DNA from: Ktedonobacteraceae bacterium
GTDB taxonomy: Bacteria; Chloroflexota; Ktedonobacteria; Ktedonobacterales; Ktedonobacteraceae
Length of the DNA: 64,000 nucleotides
Direction: 5' to 3'
Assembly: GCA_035294465.1 (NCBI GenBank)
Contig: DATGKW010000054.1
Location: 47,290 to 111,289, forward strand
The notes beneath the pieces were generated by a model. That model had not been told where the DNA came from and ran no database searches. It saw nothing but the letters and a program-made list of their open reading frames with translations. Of the stretch, positions 28,597-38,145 are shown piece by piece. Made by a program: the position numbers and the translations under genes. The stretch's first letter is position 1, and the number at the start of each line of letters is the position of its first letter.

Positions 28597-28629
28597 TTGT
28601 TAGAAAATTGTTAGAAAATTGTTATATTT
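28597..28629. repeat. 11 bp tandem repeat TTGTTAGAAAA x2 plus a partial third copy, between divergent -35 boxes
   Basis: ttgttagaaaa, ttgttagaaaa, ttgttatattt. The A-tracts are phased at about one helical turn. Confidence 0.85.
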
Positions 28630-28641
28630 ACGTAATATTAC

Positions 28642-28670
28642 TTGACAAATTTTATCAGATAACATATCAT
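28642..28670 (+). promoter_or_regulatory. Promoter candidate for hsp20: TTGACA-N17-TATCAT with palindrome TTATCaGATAA in the spacer
   Basis: -35 is at 28642-28647 and -10 at 28665-28670. The palindrome is at 28652-28662. Confidence 0.55.
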
Positions 28671-28795
28671 TATTTCGGAAGAAAAAAAGAAGCGACAGAT
28701 GGTGGAACAGGACAAAGAGAGAAGGCTGTTCGATTGGTTCCTCTCTTTTCTGACGTGCCACCACTGCAAGAGAACAAAGGAGGGAAAAAACGAAT

Positions 28796-29275
28796 ATGCT
28801 TACACAGTTTGATCCTTTCCAGGAGATGATGGGATTGCGTGAGGCAATGAATCAGCTCTTCTCTGAGAGCTTTGTGCGTCCAACATGGAGGAGAAGCACT
28901 TCAGCAGCTCTCAGCTTCCCAATTGATGTCCTTGAGACCGAGACCGGTTATCAGGTGCAGGCACTGCTGCCCGGTCTCACTCCAGAGAACGTCGAGGTCT
29001 CTGTGTTACAGAATACGCTGACCCTAAAAGGCCACCTGGAATCCTGGGTGAAGCCGGGCCAGCAAGGAACCTGGCTGACGCGCGAGATAGGCACGGGCGC
29101 GTTTGAGAGGAGCATTACGTTTCCTAAAGATATTGATGTTGACAAGATCGAGACCAGCTATCAGCATGGCGTTCTTAGCCTGAGCATACCTTTCAGCGAG
29201 GTCAGCCGCCCACGGAAGATTAGCATTACTTCCGCTCAGCCCAACCAGATTACGGTCGAAGCAAGCAGCCATTAG
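28796..29275 (+). CDS. Small heat-shock protein, Hsp20/alpha-crystallin family
   Basis: Alpha-crystallin domain (PIDVLETETGYQVQALLPGLTPENVEVSV...GVLSLSIP). AAAGGAGGG lies upstream of the ATG. Confidence 0.93.
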   Translation: MLTQFDPFQEMMGLREAMNQLFSESFVRPTWRRSTSAALSFPIDVLETETGYQVQALLPGLTPENVEVSVLQNTLTLKGHLESWVKPGQQGTWLTREIGTGAFERSITFPKDIDVDKIETSYQHGVLSLSIPFSEVSRPRKISITSAQPNQITVEASSH

Positions 29276-29405
29276 CACGAGTAACCTCCTGTCCCGATCC
29301 AGAGGCGCTCTCGCCAAAGAGATACGTCCGGGGGGATCCGAGGCCAATGCCGGCGAGATAAGCGATTCCGACCGAGGTAAATGTGGCTGGAAAGGAGGTG
29401 GGTAT

Positions 29406-29645
29406 ATGGCTCGATTAGAAAGGGAAGAGAACATTTTCCTGTATCTCGAACAGGCAGTGCGCAACCTCTGCCAGCAGATCGATCAGGTAGCCTCTCGGAT
29501 CCCCGAGGAGAAGGACCGCGCTTACGCGGGAGTAGCGAAGGAGTGCCTCTGGACGATGTACCGGCGAGCATCCGAGCACGTCAATATTCGCGAGATGTCG
29601 TGGACAACAGATACTCAAGCGGGCGACGGTTCATCGTCCGCTTGA
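29406..29645 (+). CDS. Hypothetical 79 aa protein downstream of hsp20
   Basis: A strong SD (AAAGGAGGTGG) lies 7 nt before the ATG. Helical-looking, non-repetitive sequence with no recognised family. Confidence 0.5.
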   Translation: MARLEREENIFLYLEQAVRNLCQQIDQVASRIPEEKDRAYAGVAKECLWTMYRRASEHVNIREMSWTTDTQAGDGSSSA

Positions 29646-29698
29646 TATTTATGCATGATCATCGTAGGTATCCTTCGCACGCTGCAGGGCCATATCTC

Positions 29699-30205
29699 CT
29701 ACAGCTTTTTCGAGAGGATCACTCCCGTATTCAGCCCCAGGGTATGCAAGCCCCCGAAGAAGCGCGCGTGCTCCATCTTTACACAGTGATCCTGCACAAA
29801 TTCCAGGCCGGCTGCGATGGCTTTCCGCCCGATCTCTTCATTACGAATACCCAACTGCAGCCAGAACACCCGCGCGCCTACCTGGAGAGCTTCCTGCAAG
29901 ACCGGCTCCAGATCCTGCGGCCTGCGAAAGACATCGACAATCTCGATCCGTTCGCCGGCCTCTTTCGCCTCAATCAGCGAAGCGTAGACGCGCTTGCCGA
30001 GCACAATTTGCCCGGCATAGCGAGGATTGACCAGCACAATATCATAGCCCTCAGCCTGCAAATAGACAGCTACGAAATGACTGGGCCGGTAAGGATCGGC
30101 AGAGAAGCCAACGATGGCAATATGCTTATACGTGCGCAGAAGACGCAGGCGGCCGTACATGTCCGGCATTTCTAACGCAGTACTGGATTCGATGCTCATT
30201 TTCAC
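29699..30205 (-). CDS. CoA-binding domain protein (YccU/YneT family)
   Basis: IAIVGFSADPYRPSHFVAVYLQAEGYDIVLVNP...VDVFRRPQDL is typical of the CoA_binding_2 family. The start is either GTG 30205 or ATG 30199. Confidence 0.8.
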   Translation of the reverse strand: MKMSIESSTALEMPDMYGRLRLLRTYKHIAIVGFSADPYRPSHFVAVYLQAEGYDIVLVNPRYAGQIVLGKRVYASLIEAKEAGERIEIVDVFRRPQDLEPVLQEALQVGARVFWLQLGIRNEEIGRKAIAAGLEFVQDHCVKMEHARFFGGLHTLGLNTGVILSKKL

Positions 30206-30522
30206 TTATCCCTTCTCTTGATGATCGGCCTCAAGGGTGCTTGTTTCATCGGCTAAAGTTACTATACAGCATTAGTTCTGTTTCAAGCAAACAGCACTAC
30301 ATGATAGATACTTAAGAATATCATTTGACGGCATCCTCCATAGTGGAAGTATAGATGCTTCCGCAGAGAGAGGTTAGAATGATGAGATTGCCCCCTACTT
30401 CTCCAGCAGATAGAAAGACGAGAGCCTGAACGAGACAGCCACAGGCTTTGCCTCTCCCACCGAAGGATACGTTGCTTTGTCCAACGACAAGATCGGCATC
30501 TGCGCGCAGATCAATGGAACGC

Positions 30523-30562
30523 CTCTTACGTGTATCGCGAGGGAGTGCGATACACGCAAGAG
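30523..30562 (-). terminator. 16 bp stem (1 mismatch) hairpin downstream of the liv operon
   Basis: ctcttacgtgtatcgc pairs with gcgatacacgcaagag, 31 nt after the SBP stop. No clear U tract. Confidence 0.45.
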
Positions 30563-30592
30563 GCTGGAAAGGCAACCGAGGCAATCTATGAC

Positions 30593-31855
30593 CTATTGGA
30601 ACTGCGACTGCTTCGCGGCGGTTCCAGTGAAGTCGGGCGTCAGTGGCTTGACATATGCCGGCGCGGTTGGGTCAATAGCATAGATGACGTTGTCACGGGT
30701 TGGGACACGCTGGTTGGGCGAGGACCCGTAGACCGCCGGTGGATACAGGCCACCCAGGTTGACCTGGCCCAACGAGTGAAAGGCCGTAATGAGTCCGTCG
30801 CGGGTAACATTCTTGTTGTCCAGCGCCTTCTTGAGGATGGCGTAGGTCACATAGGACTCGGTATAGCCGAACTCAAAGTAACCATCTGGCTGCTGCTGTG
30901 GATAATACTTGGCGACATCCTTGAGCATCTGCGCCATGCCCGGCACACTCGTATCACCCCAGGCCGCGCCTTGACCAACCAGCCAGCATTTGCTCAACAG
31001 CGGCACCAGTGCGGGAACCGCCATCAGCGCTCGCGCGAAGGCCGGGCTTTGCAAGATCCATTGTGGGAAGTAACCCAGCTTGGCAGCGGTGCCGATGATC
31101 CCTGCCGTGGCCGTAGGAACCGTCGTCAAAAAGACATACTTCGCGCCAGCGGCCTTCATCTTGGAAACCTCCGCCGTGAAGTCGGTATCGTTTACTCCAT
31201 ACGCCGCCTCGGCCACGTTATTCAGATTGTACGCCGCGACCGCTTCCGTATAGCCTTTGAGGCCATCAGCGCCGTAATCATCGTTCTGATAGATGATGCC
31301 GGTAGCGGGATGCTGCACATGGAGGGTATTCACCACGTAATCAAAGGCGTTTTCAGTTTGCAAGCGGTAGGGTGTGCCAACTAGAATCAGATTTGGATCG
31401 TCCACCAGCTCAGAAGAGAGGGTAGCGGCAGAGACTAGCATGTGATCGGCGGTAGCCAGGCTATTAATCGCAACGGTCGTTTGAGTGCCCAGGCTGTCCG
31501 CGATCATCAGGACCTGATTGTGAATCTGATTGTACAGCTGCACCTCGGTTTGCGGGTCATACTTTGTATCTTCTTCCAGGAATTTCACCTTGAATCCGTC
31601 GATCCCGCCGTTATCGTTCACATGATCGAAAAAGGCTTTTACGCCATTTGCCAGAGGAATGCCGATGACGTTCACCGGCCCGGAATAAGGAGACAAAATA
31701 CCCAGGGTAATTGTTTTGGCGCTGAGATTAACACCGGGGCCTGCCTGGATTCCTCCCGAACTCGCGCTCGAACTGCTGTTGGCGCAACCGGCAAGAATGA
31801 GCAGGGATGCCAGCAGGAAAAGTACGCAACCCGCTAGGAATTTTCTGTTTGCCAT
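30593..31855 (-). CDS. Branched-chain amino acid-type ABC substrate-binding lipoprotein (LivJ/Peripla_BP_6-like)
   Basis: Lipobox LLILAGCANSS. The length and position at the end of a livFGHM-type operon fit. Confidence 0.8.
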   Translation of the reverse strand: MANRKFLAGCVLFLLASLLILAGCANSSSSASSGGIQAGPGVNLSAKTITLGILSPYSGPVNVIGIPLANGVKAFFDHVNDNGGIDGFKVKFLEEDTKYDPQTEVQLYNQIHNQVLMIADSLGTQTTVAINSLATADHMLVSAATLSSELVDDPNLILVGTPYRLQTENAFDYVVNTLHVQHPATGIIYQNDDYGADGLKGYTEAVAAYNLNNVAEAAYGVNDTDFTAEVSKMKAAGAKYVFLTTVPTATAGIIGTAAKLGYFPQWILQSPAFARALMAVPALVPLLSKCWLVGQGAAWGDTSVPGMAQMLKDVAKYYPQQQPDGYFEFGYTESYVTYAILKKALDNKNVTRDGLITAFHSLGQVNLGGLYPPAVYGSSPNQRVPTRDNVIYAIDPTAPAYVKPLTPDFTGTAAKQSQFQ

Positions 31856-31958
31856 ATGTGATACCTCATTATCGTCTAAGCGACCTCGACAACTCTGTCA
31901 GAGCAGCACTACGTAGCGTCTGGTGGCCGAAAGAGCCACCCTTATCCCTGTGGTTTTG

Positions 31959-33137
31959 CTAAATATGGGTCGTAGCACCTGGAGATAAATCGGTTATCTC
32001 TGCCGGATCACCTCCCTCTTCTTTCGTATGTGCCGGTCTACGCAAGCGTCCCTGCACGCGCCGCACCAGGCCAATCAGCCCTCCCGGCTCGAAGAGCAAG
32101 AAAAGCATAATCAACGCGCCATAAATTAACGCATTCAGATCCCCGCTGCTCAGGCCGCCTGTGGTGCTGGGCTGGGGAAGCAACTGAAAATGATCGATCA
32201 CCTGGGGCAATCCAAAGACGAAGGCCGCGCCCAGGATTGAACCCCAGATGCTGGCCACGCCGCCAATGATAATAGCCGCGACGAATTCAATGGACAGGGC
32301 CAGGCTCCAGTACCCTGGAACGATATAGGAGTTATATGAGGCATACAACGCCCCGGCGATGCCTGCCAGGAAGGACGAGAGAATAAAAGCACCCATCTTG
32401 GCCTGGAGGAGATTCACGCCCATGATGGACGCGCCAATCTCGTGATCGCGCACCGCCTGGAAGGCCCGCCCGGCCCGTGAACGTATCACGTTGTGGACGA
32501 AGAGCGCAGCCAGCACGAGAACGGGCAGAATGAGCAGAAAATATTGCTGGCCGGGCGTCAGCGCAAGGCCCAGCAGCGGCAGCGTATTTTGTTGAGTAAA
32601 GATGCTCTCCCCAATGGCCGGCGCCGGGAAAGTTCGTCCTGGTGAACCGCCGGTGATGGCATGAAGATTCATAAAGAGATACTGGCCGATGAAGACCAGG
32701 GCCAGAGTAACAATAGCCAGGTAGAACCCTTTGAGGCGCAGCGCCGTGGGTCCGATCAATGCGCCGACCAGCGCGGCCACGATGCCCGCCGCTGGCAGCC
32801 AGATGATAAACGGCAGGCCCAGGCCCTGGGGATCGGTTGGTAGGGTTGGCGGAGCGCCTCCTAACAGAGCTGCGGTATAGGCCCCGATAGCCATGAAGAA
32901 CGCGATGCCCAGCGAAATCTGACCGGTATAGCCGGAGAGGACGTTCAGTCCCAGGGCTGCAATGGCAGCGATGAGCACATTATTGACAATCGTAAACCAG
33001 TCATCGCTCGCGGTCACAAAAAATAGGATAATAGCCAGCAGAAGAATTCCCGTGATGATCCAGCGCGAGGTATTGAGCGAACGTCCTGGCATCTGGGCTT
33101 TCGCCAGAACCTGTTTTGTAGCGCTAAACTTGCTCAT
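31959..33137 (-). CDS. livM: Branched-chain amino acid ABC permease, LivM-like
   Basis: Polytopic membrane protein. It shows a 4 nt overlap with the upstream permease gene. Confidence 0.85.
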   Translation of the reverse strand: MSKFSATKQVLAKAQMPGRSLNTSRWIITGILLLAIILFFVTASDDWFTIVNNVLIAAIAALGLNVLSGYTGQISLGIAFFMAIGAYTAALLGGAPPTLPTDPQGLGLPFIIWLPAAGIVAALVGALIGPTALRLKGFYLAIVTLALVFIGQYLFMNLHAITGGSPGRTFPAPAIGESIFTQQNTLPLLGLALTPGQQYFLLILPVLVLAALFVHNVIRSRAGRAFQAVRDHEIGASIMGVNLLQAKMGAFILSSFLAGIAGALYASYNSYIVPGYWSLALSIEFVAAIIIGGVASIWGSILGAAFVFGLPQVIDHFQLLPQPSTTGGLSSGDLNALIYGALIMLFLLFEPGGLIGLVRRVQGRLRRPAHTKEEGGDPAEITDLSPGATTHI

Positions 33138-34033
33138 ATCCGTTCCACCTTTCTCGTACCGAACAGGCCATATGGCCGGATGAGCAGAACAAGGATCATC
33201 AGCAGGTAGGGCATAATATCGTGGAAGCCCGCGCCCAGAAAATTAGACAGGTAGCTTTCGTAGCCGGCGGTGATATCCAGAGCCAGGCCAATGATAATGC
33301 CGCCGACCACCGCGCCACTGATCGAATCGATCCCGCCCAGGATAATCGCCGGAAAGGCCAGCAACGCGACGCCCCCCAGTGTGGGATCGATGGCAAGATT
33401 GTTGATCGCCAGAAAAACGCCCCCCAGCGTGGCAATGCCGCCCGCGAGTCCCCAGGCCATCGCGTAGACCCCGCGCACGTTGATGCCAACTGCCAGCGCG
33501 GCCTCCTGATCCAGGGCGGTCGCACGCATAGCCAGGCCGTACCTGGTGAAGCGGAAGAAGTAGAAGAGTCCCGCGCACAGCAGAATCGTGACGCCGATGG
33601 TCCACAGATCATTCGTACCGATGTGGACACCAGCCAGGTTGAAGCCGCTGTTGACACCGAAGGGCGAGGCGGCAGGGATGATCTGAGAACCGAAAGCCAC
33701 GAGGACAAGGGTAAGCAGGATAGTGTCCAGCCCGATAGTAATCATCAGAATCGAGAAGGTCGGGCGACCGATCATGCGCCGCAGCACGAAACGTTCAAAG
33801 AGCAAGCCAATCAGGATCGTAGTCACAAGCCCCAGCAGCAGAGCCACGAGGAACGGCAGATGCCAGAGAAAGACGCCAGCTGAGACAATATACGCTCCCA
33901 CCAGGAGTATTTCGCCCTGGGCAAAGTTGATAACCTCGCTGGCCTTGAAAATGATTGAAAAGCCGAGGCCGATCAGAGCATAAATACAGCCCAGGGAAAT
34001 ACCGGCAAATACCAGTTGCAAAAAATAGGCCAT
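33134..34033 (-). CDS. livH: Branched-chain amino acid ABC permease, LivH-like
   Basis: Start re-set to ATG 34033 (MAYFLQLVFAG) after GGAGGAG. Polytopic membrane protein. Confidence 0.85.
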   Translation of the reverse strand: MAYFLQLVFAGISLGCIYALIGLGFSIIFKASEVINFAQGEILLVGAYIVSAGVFLWHLPFLVALLLGLVTTILIGLLFERFVLRRMIGRPTFSILMITIGLDTILLTLVLVAFGSQIIPAASPFGVNSGFNLAGVHIGTNDLWTIGVTILLCAGLFYFFRFTRYGLAMRATALDQEAALAVGINVRGVYAMAWGLAGGIATLGGVFLAINNLAIDPTLGGVALLAFPAIILGGIDSISGAVVGGIIIGLALDITAGYESYLSNFLGAGFHDIMPYLLMILVLLIRPYGLFGTRKVERI

Positions 34034-34062
34034 AGCTCCTCCATCCCGTGAAAGGACACAGA

Positions 34063-34917
34063 TCAAACAGATTTCACAGTGCTCGTGTTCTCCCCAAAGT
34101 CTTCGCCCAGATAGGCTTTGATGACATCGGGATTGGCCTGCACCTCCGCCGGGGTGCCCAGCGCGATTGCGCGCCCAAAATCGAGAACCAGCACGCGGTC
34201 AGCAATGCCCATGACCAGCGCCATATCGTGCTCGACAAGGATCTGAGTCACGCCAAGCTGCCGCTGAATATCGACAATCGCGGAGGCAATCTCCTCTGTT
34301 TCTTCGACGCTCATGCCCGCCACCGGCTCGTCCAGCAAGAGCAGCTTCGGTTCCAGGGCCAGGGCGCGGGCTACGTCTGCGCGCTTTTGCACCCCGTAGG
34401 GCAGGCTGCCCAGCGGCGCGTGAGCAACGCGCTTGAGATCCAGCAGTTCCAGTAGATGCAGACAGTACGCGCGATTCTTGCGCTCCTCAGCGCGCGTTTT
34501 GCCCAGATAGAGGCCACCCATCAACACGCCGCTGTGCATGCGCGAGTGCCGGCCCAGCAACAGATAATCCAGCACGGTCATCGTGGGAAATTGCCCCAGG
34601 TTCTGGAAGGTGCGAGCGATACCAGCTCGCGCGACCTGATGGGTCTTGAGGCTCAGCAGGTCTTTGCCATCGAAGATAACCCGGCCAGTCACCGGCTGGT
34701 AGACCCGCGAAATTACGTTGAACAGGGAAGTTTTGCCCGCGCCGTTAGGGCCGATCACAGCAAAGAGTTCGCCAGGCAGCACCTCGAGGGAGACATCACT
34801 CAGCGCTTTGACGCCCGCGAACTGCACCGAAATCTCTTCTACCGAGAGAAGCGCGTCAGGGCTGGTGGCCTGGTCAAGTCCGGGGTCTCTGGCAGATGCG
34901 GTGCTCATAAGGTCCAT
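34063..34917 (-). CDS. livG: ABC ATP-binding protein, LivG-like
   Basis: Walker A GPNGAGKTS, signature/Walker B LLLLDEPVAGM, and the C-terminal LivG-type extension. Confidence 0.88.
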   Translation of the reverse strand: MDLMSTASARDPGLDQATSPDALLSVEEISVQFAGVKALSDVSLEVLPGELFAVIGPNGAGKTSLFNVISRVYQPVTGRVIFDGKDLLSLKTHQVARAGIARTFQNLGQFPTMTVLDYLLLGRHSRMHSGVLMGGLYLGKTRAEERKNRAYCLHLLELLDLKRVAHAPLGSLPYGVQKRADVARALALEPKLLLLDEPVAGMSVEETEEIASAIVDIQRQLGVTQILVEHDMALVMGIADRVLVLDFGRAIALGTPAEVQANPDVIKAYLGEDFGENTSTVKSV

Positions 34918-35696
34918 TTCCTTCCCGGCTGGCGTTCACGCAGCGCCTCTACTTTGCCGCGCTGCCCGCCTTCGTGCAGCCCCAGATAAAATTTTCGCAC
35001 GCTCTCATCCTGTAGAAGCTTAGCGGCAGGCTGGGCCAGCACTACTTTGCCGGTGTCCAGTACGTAGCCGGAATGCGCGATAGACAGTGCCATTTGCGCG
35101 TTTTGCTCAACCAGCAGCACTGCGGTCCCGTTGGCGTTGATATTCGCGATAATTGCGCGGATCTGCTGCACCATCGAGGGAGCCAGACCCAGCGAAGGCT
35201 CGTCCATCAGGAGCAGTTTGGGAGTAGCCATCAGCGCCCGGCCAATCGCCAGCATCTGTTGCTCTCCGCCGGAGAGATAGCCGGCGTGGCTTCTGCGCCG
35301 TTCGCGCAGCACCGGAAATAACTCCATCACCCACTCATACGCCCGTTTCGTTGCGCCGGAATCACGCGAGGAGAGCGCGCCCGCGCGTAGATTTTCTTCG
35401 ATGGTCAGATCGCTGAAGAGCCGGCGGCCTTCCAGGACCTGGGCAATACCGCGACGCACAATTTGCGTCGTGTTCAGGCGATCAATGCGCTCGCCATCAA
35501 AGAAGATCGAGCCGTTCAACATGCCGGCTCTGTGGAGAGACAAAAGACCGGAGATCGCACGAATAATTGTTGTTTTGCCCGCCCCATTCGCGCCCAACAG
35601 CGCCACGACCGCTTTATCCTGCACTTCCAGCGAAACGTCCTGTACAGCAGGAACGCTACTTTGATAGGCAACCGTGAGATCCTGAACTACCAGCAT
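34905..35696 (-). CDS. livF: ABC ATP-binding protein, LivF-like
   Basis: Start re-set to ATG 35696 (MLVVQDLTVAY). Walker A GANGAGKTT, signature LSGGEQQML, Walker B LLLMDEPSLGL. Confidence 0.88.
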   Translation of the reverse strand: MLVVQDLTVAYQSSVPAVQDVSLEVQDKAVVALLGANGAGKTTIIRAISGLLSLHRAGMLNGSIFFDGERIDRLNTTQIVRRGIAQVLEGRRLFSDLTIEENLRAGALSSRDSGATKRAYEWVMELFPVLRERRRSHAGYLSGGEQQMLAIGRALMATPKLLLMDEPSLGLAPSMVQQIRAIIANINANGTAVLLVEQNAQMALSIAHSGYVLDTGKVVLAQPAAKLLQDESVRKFYLGLHEGGQRGKVEALRERQPGRKWTL

Positions 35697-35799
35697 GATG
35701 CATTCTCCACACACATTCGGATAAGGAACAAGTATAGCATAGCTTAAAAATGTTCTCGCAATGTTCTGGACGGTCGCTCCGCTTCGCTGCCTGATGGTT

Positions 35800-36639
35800 T
35801 TACCGGCTCAAGAAATCATTAACGGCCCACATAAACTCATCAAATTTGCTGCGATGGATATTATGCGTGGCTCCGTCGATCTGCACGGCGCGGCTATGTG
35901 CGGACAGATATCCCCTGGCCTGCTCCCAGGCAACGTCATCCAGTGTTGTTCCCAGACTTGCGTCAGCGCGGATCAAGAGCGTGGGAGCGGCGATATCGGC
36001 CAGCAGCGGAAGGATCTCACCGATTCGACCGGCATCCTCGAAGACGCTGATGACCGCTTCGCGACTGACTTTCTGCAGCGCCTCAACCTTGCCTTCAATA
36101 TCGGCTGCGTTCCAGCCGGGATTGTCAGCCGTGATTTCTGGCCGCAATTCATCGGCGGGACGGCCAATATCTTTAGTATAGAAGGCAACGTGTTCTTCGA
36201 CATTGCCCCGGCCAAAATTATGTGCCGGGTCCTCAAGGATTACCCGCGCAAGTTCGGGCACCGGCTTTTGTGGGCCAGATCCACTGGCCAGCACCATCGC
36301 CGTCGCACCGCCCCAGGAATGTCCCACGAGCAGGGAACACTCCAATTCCAGTGCCTCTAGAAAGGCTGCGGCATCGTCGGCGGTATGGCGCAGGCTATAG
36401 GCTCCGCGCGAGGGTTTGATGCTGTCGCCATGCCCGCGCATATCCAGCGCATAGACTCTGTAGCGGTCCGCCAGCGCCGGTCCCACGCGCACCCAGCTTT
36501 GCGCGGAACTGGTAATACCGTGCAGCAATAACGCGGCAGGAAGATCGGTTCGTTCAGCTCCCCAGGTAAAATAATGAAAGCGGCCTGCGGGCAAATCGAT
36601 CAGGTGAGATTGCCCGCTTGTTTCAAGGCTATCGGCCAT
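35800..36639 (-). CDS. Alpha/beta-fold hydrolase
   Basis: Oxyanion-region LLLHGITSSAQSW and nucleophile elbow GHSWGG. Confidence 0.85.
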   Translation of the reverse strand: MADSLETSGQSHLIDLPAGRFHYFTWGAERTDLPAALLLHGITSSAQSWVRVGPALADRYRVYALDMRGHGDSIKPSRGAYSLRHTADDAAAFLEALELECSLLVGHSWGGATAMVLASGSGPQKPVPELARVILEDPAHNFGRGNVEEHVAFYTKDIGRPADELRPEITADNPGWNAADIEGKVEALQKVSREAVISVFEDAGRIGEILPLLADIAAPTLLIRADASLGTTLDDVAWEQARGYLSAHSRAVQIDGATHNIHRSKFDEFMWAVNDFLSR

Positions 36640-36900
36640 ATGGTGCTCCTTTTTTGGGGGTGTATTACTCTACCTGATCTTTATTATGCCACAATTCTGA
36701 TCAACCTCTCAGGCTGTCATGATAAATGTCCTTTCAGGTAAGTAGGGTTAGCCCTCCCACACAAGCACTTGCTCTCCAATGTAGACCCCAGGGCACATTA
36801 ACCTGATCGACGCTCCTTTGAGGCGTCTCCGGTCCGCTTTGGTTTGGGCCATCCCTTGACAGGCCGAGCTAAGCGAGGTTGTCACCCTTTCACGAATTTC

Positions 36901-37662
36901 CTAATGTAAGAGATCAACCCGAAATGGATCGAAGCGAAGGATTTTCCACTGGGTCCCTTCTCTTACCACATAGGGATAGACTTTCGACGTGTTCTCTCCC
37001 CGTATCACCTTTACCGTAAAACTAGCCTGGTTTGCAACCATAGACCACCCCCCGGTGAGCTTGTGCTCGGTGATGGCTCCTAACTTTCTGTTCAACGCTT
37101 GTTGCATCTGCATGAAACTGTCCGGGGTCAGAGGCACTCCCTCCAGAATCTTCATATGGGAACTCAAGCACTCCCATGCGGCGGCGTAATCCTGAGTTTC
37201 AAGCGCCATAAAATAGCGATGGAGCAATTCAACAGATGGGTGGTTTTTGGCGAAAAGAAAGAGCAGCGCTCCCACCAGGAAAAGTACGAGTCCTGTTCCC
37301 CCACCAAAGAGGGCTTCGGTAGGGAAGAAAGGCCGGGGATCAATCTGGGCATCATGAGGATGAGTAGGGTAGTAAAGGACAGACACGCGCTCCCCAGAGG
37401 CAAAAGTACTGGAGCGAGTGTTTGCTTGAAATGTGATTGACTTCTCCGAAGCTGTCCGAAAGCTCACCACTGGCGCGCATCCATCTGCATCGTTCTCGCA
37501 AGAAAGGATGGTGCCCGATGCTGCTACAGTGCCGGACAACGAGATCATTTGAATGCCTATAACCAGAAATAGGATCACGATCAGGAATGCTCCAATGCCG
37601 ACAAGGATCATCCCCGCCAAGGCCATAGGGCCGATTTTTCGCTGTAGAGGCTTTAATCGCAT
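36901..37662 (-). CDS. Membrane protein, DUF3592-like N-domain plus NTF2/SnoaL-like C-domain (tentative)
   Basis: Start re-set to ATG 37662 after AAGGAG. Two TM segments flank a beta-rich loop, followed by a soluble C-terminal domain. Confidence 0.55.
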   Translation of the reverse strand: MRLKPLQRKIGPMALAGMILVGIGAFLIVILFLVIGIQMISLSGTVAASGTILSCENDADGCAPVVSFRTASEKSITFQANTRSSTFASGERVSVLYYPTHPHDAQIDPRPFFPTEALFGGGTGLVLFLVGALLFLFAKNHPSVELLHRYFMALETQDYAAAWECLSSHMKILEGVPLTPDSFMQMQQALNRKLGAITEHKLTGGWSMVANQASFTVKVIRGENTSKVYPYVVREGTQWKILRFDPFRVDLLH

Positions 37663-38066
37663 CGGTGACTCCTTTCGCGCATCGAGAGGAACCGTTCTTG
37701 CTTGTCCACAAAATAGCAATCATCATTCCCATCCAACCACATCCCGACCCATTTCGTATAACCATGAGCATCCCATTCGACCTGATGACACATCCGTTTT
37801 TTGCATTCTCGCTAGTTCGTCAACTTCTCGATGAGGAATGCACTTTACACATTTGAAAAACAGCATGCCCGCCAGAAAGCAGTTTTTCCAGGAAACAGGT
37901 GTCTCGCTGCCCAATATACTTATATCATATCGGAAGACAAGTGTTCATATTAGAGGGTCTACCCTGCTTATCCAGGAAGGCATTCACCATATTATGACAA
38001 ACATATTCCAGATCTAACCGTCACCAAGAATATCAGCACCGACTGTCTATATCATAGCTTGTGCCC

Positions 38067-38095
38067 TTGACGTGATTGGCATGGAGGGGTATCAT
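38067..38095 (+). promoter_or_regulatory. Promoter candidate TTGACG-N17-TATCAT
   Basis: -35 is at 38067-38072 and -10 at 38090-38095, about 50 nt upstream of ATG 38146. Confidence 0.45.
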
Positions 38096-38145
38096 TCCGT
38101 GCAGACATCGGTCTGTTCTCACTTATTTTGAAAGGCAGGAAAAGT

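Noticed and set aside
27876-28795. A search for canonical CIRCE (TTAGCACTC-N9-GAGTGCTAA) or N7-spaced HAIR elements upstream of groES, hspR and hsp20.
   Set aside because: Neither was found. Only the short palindrome ACTTGtCAAGT over the hspR -35 and TTATCaGATAA in the hsp20 spacer are present, and these are too short to call.
37720-38066. About 350 bp ORF-poor region, with a 63 aa minus-strand ORF (37723-37914) containing FKCVKC.
   Set aside because: There is no SD, no complete zinc-binding pattern, and no repeats or RNA-like structure. It is most likely just a divergent promoter region.
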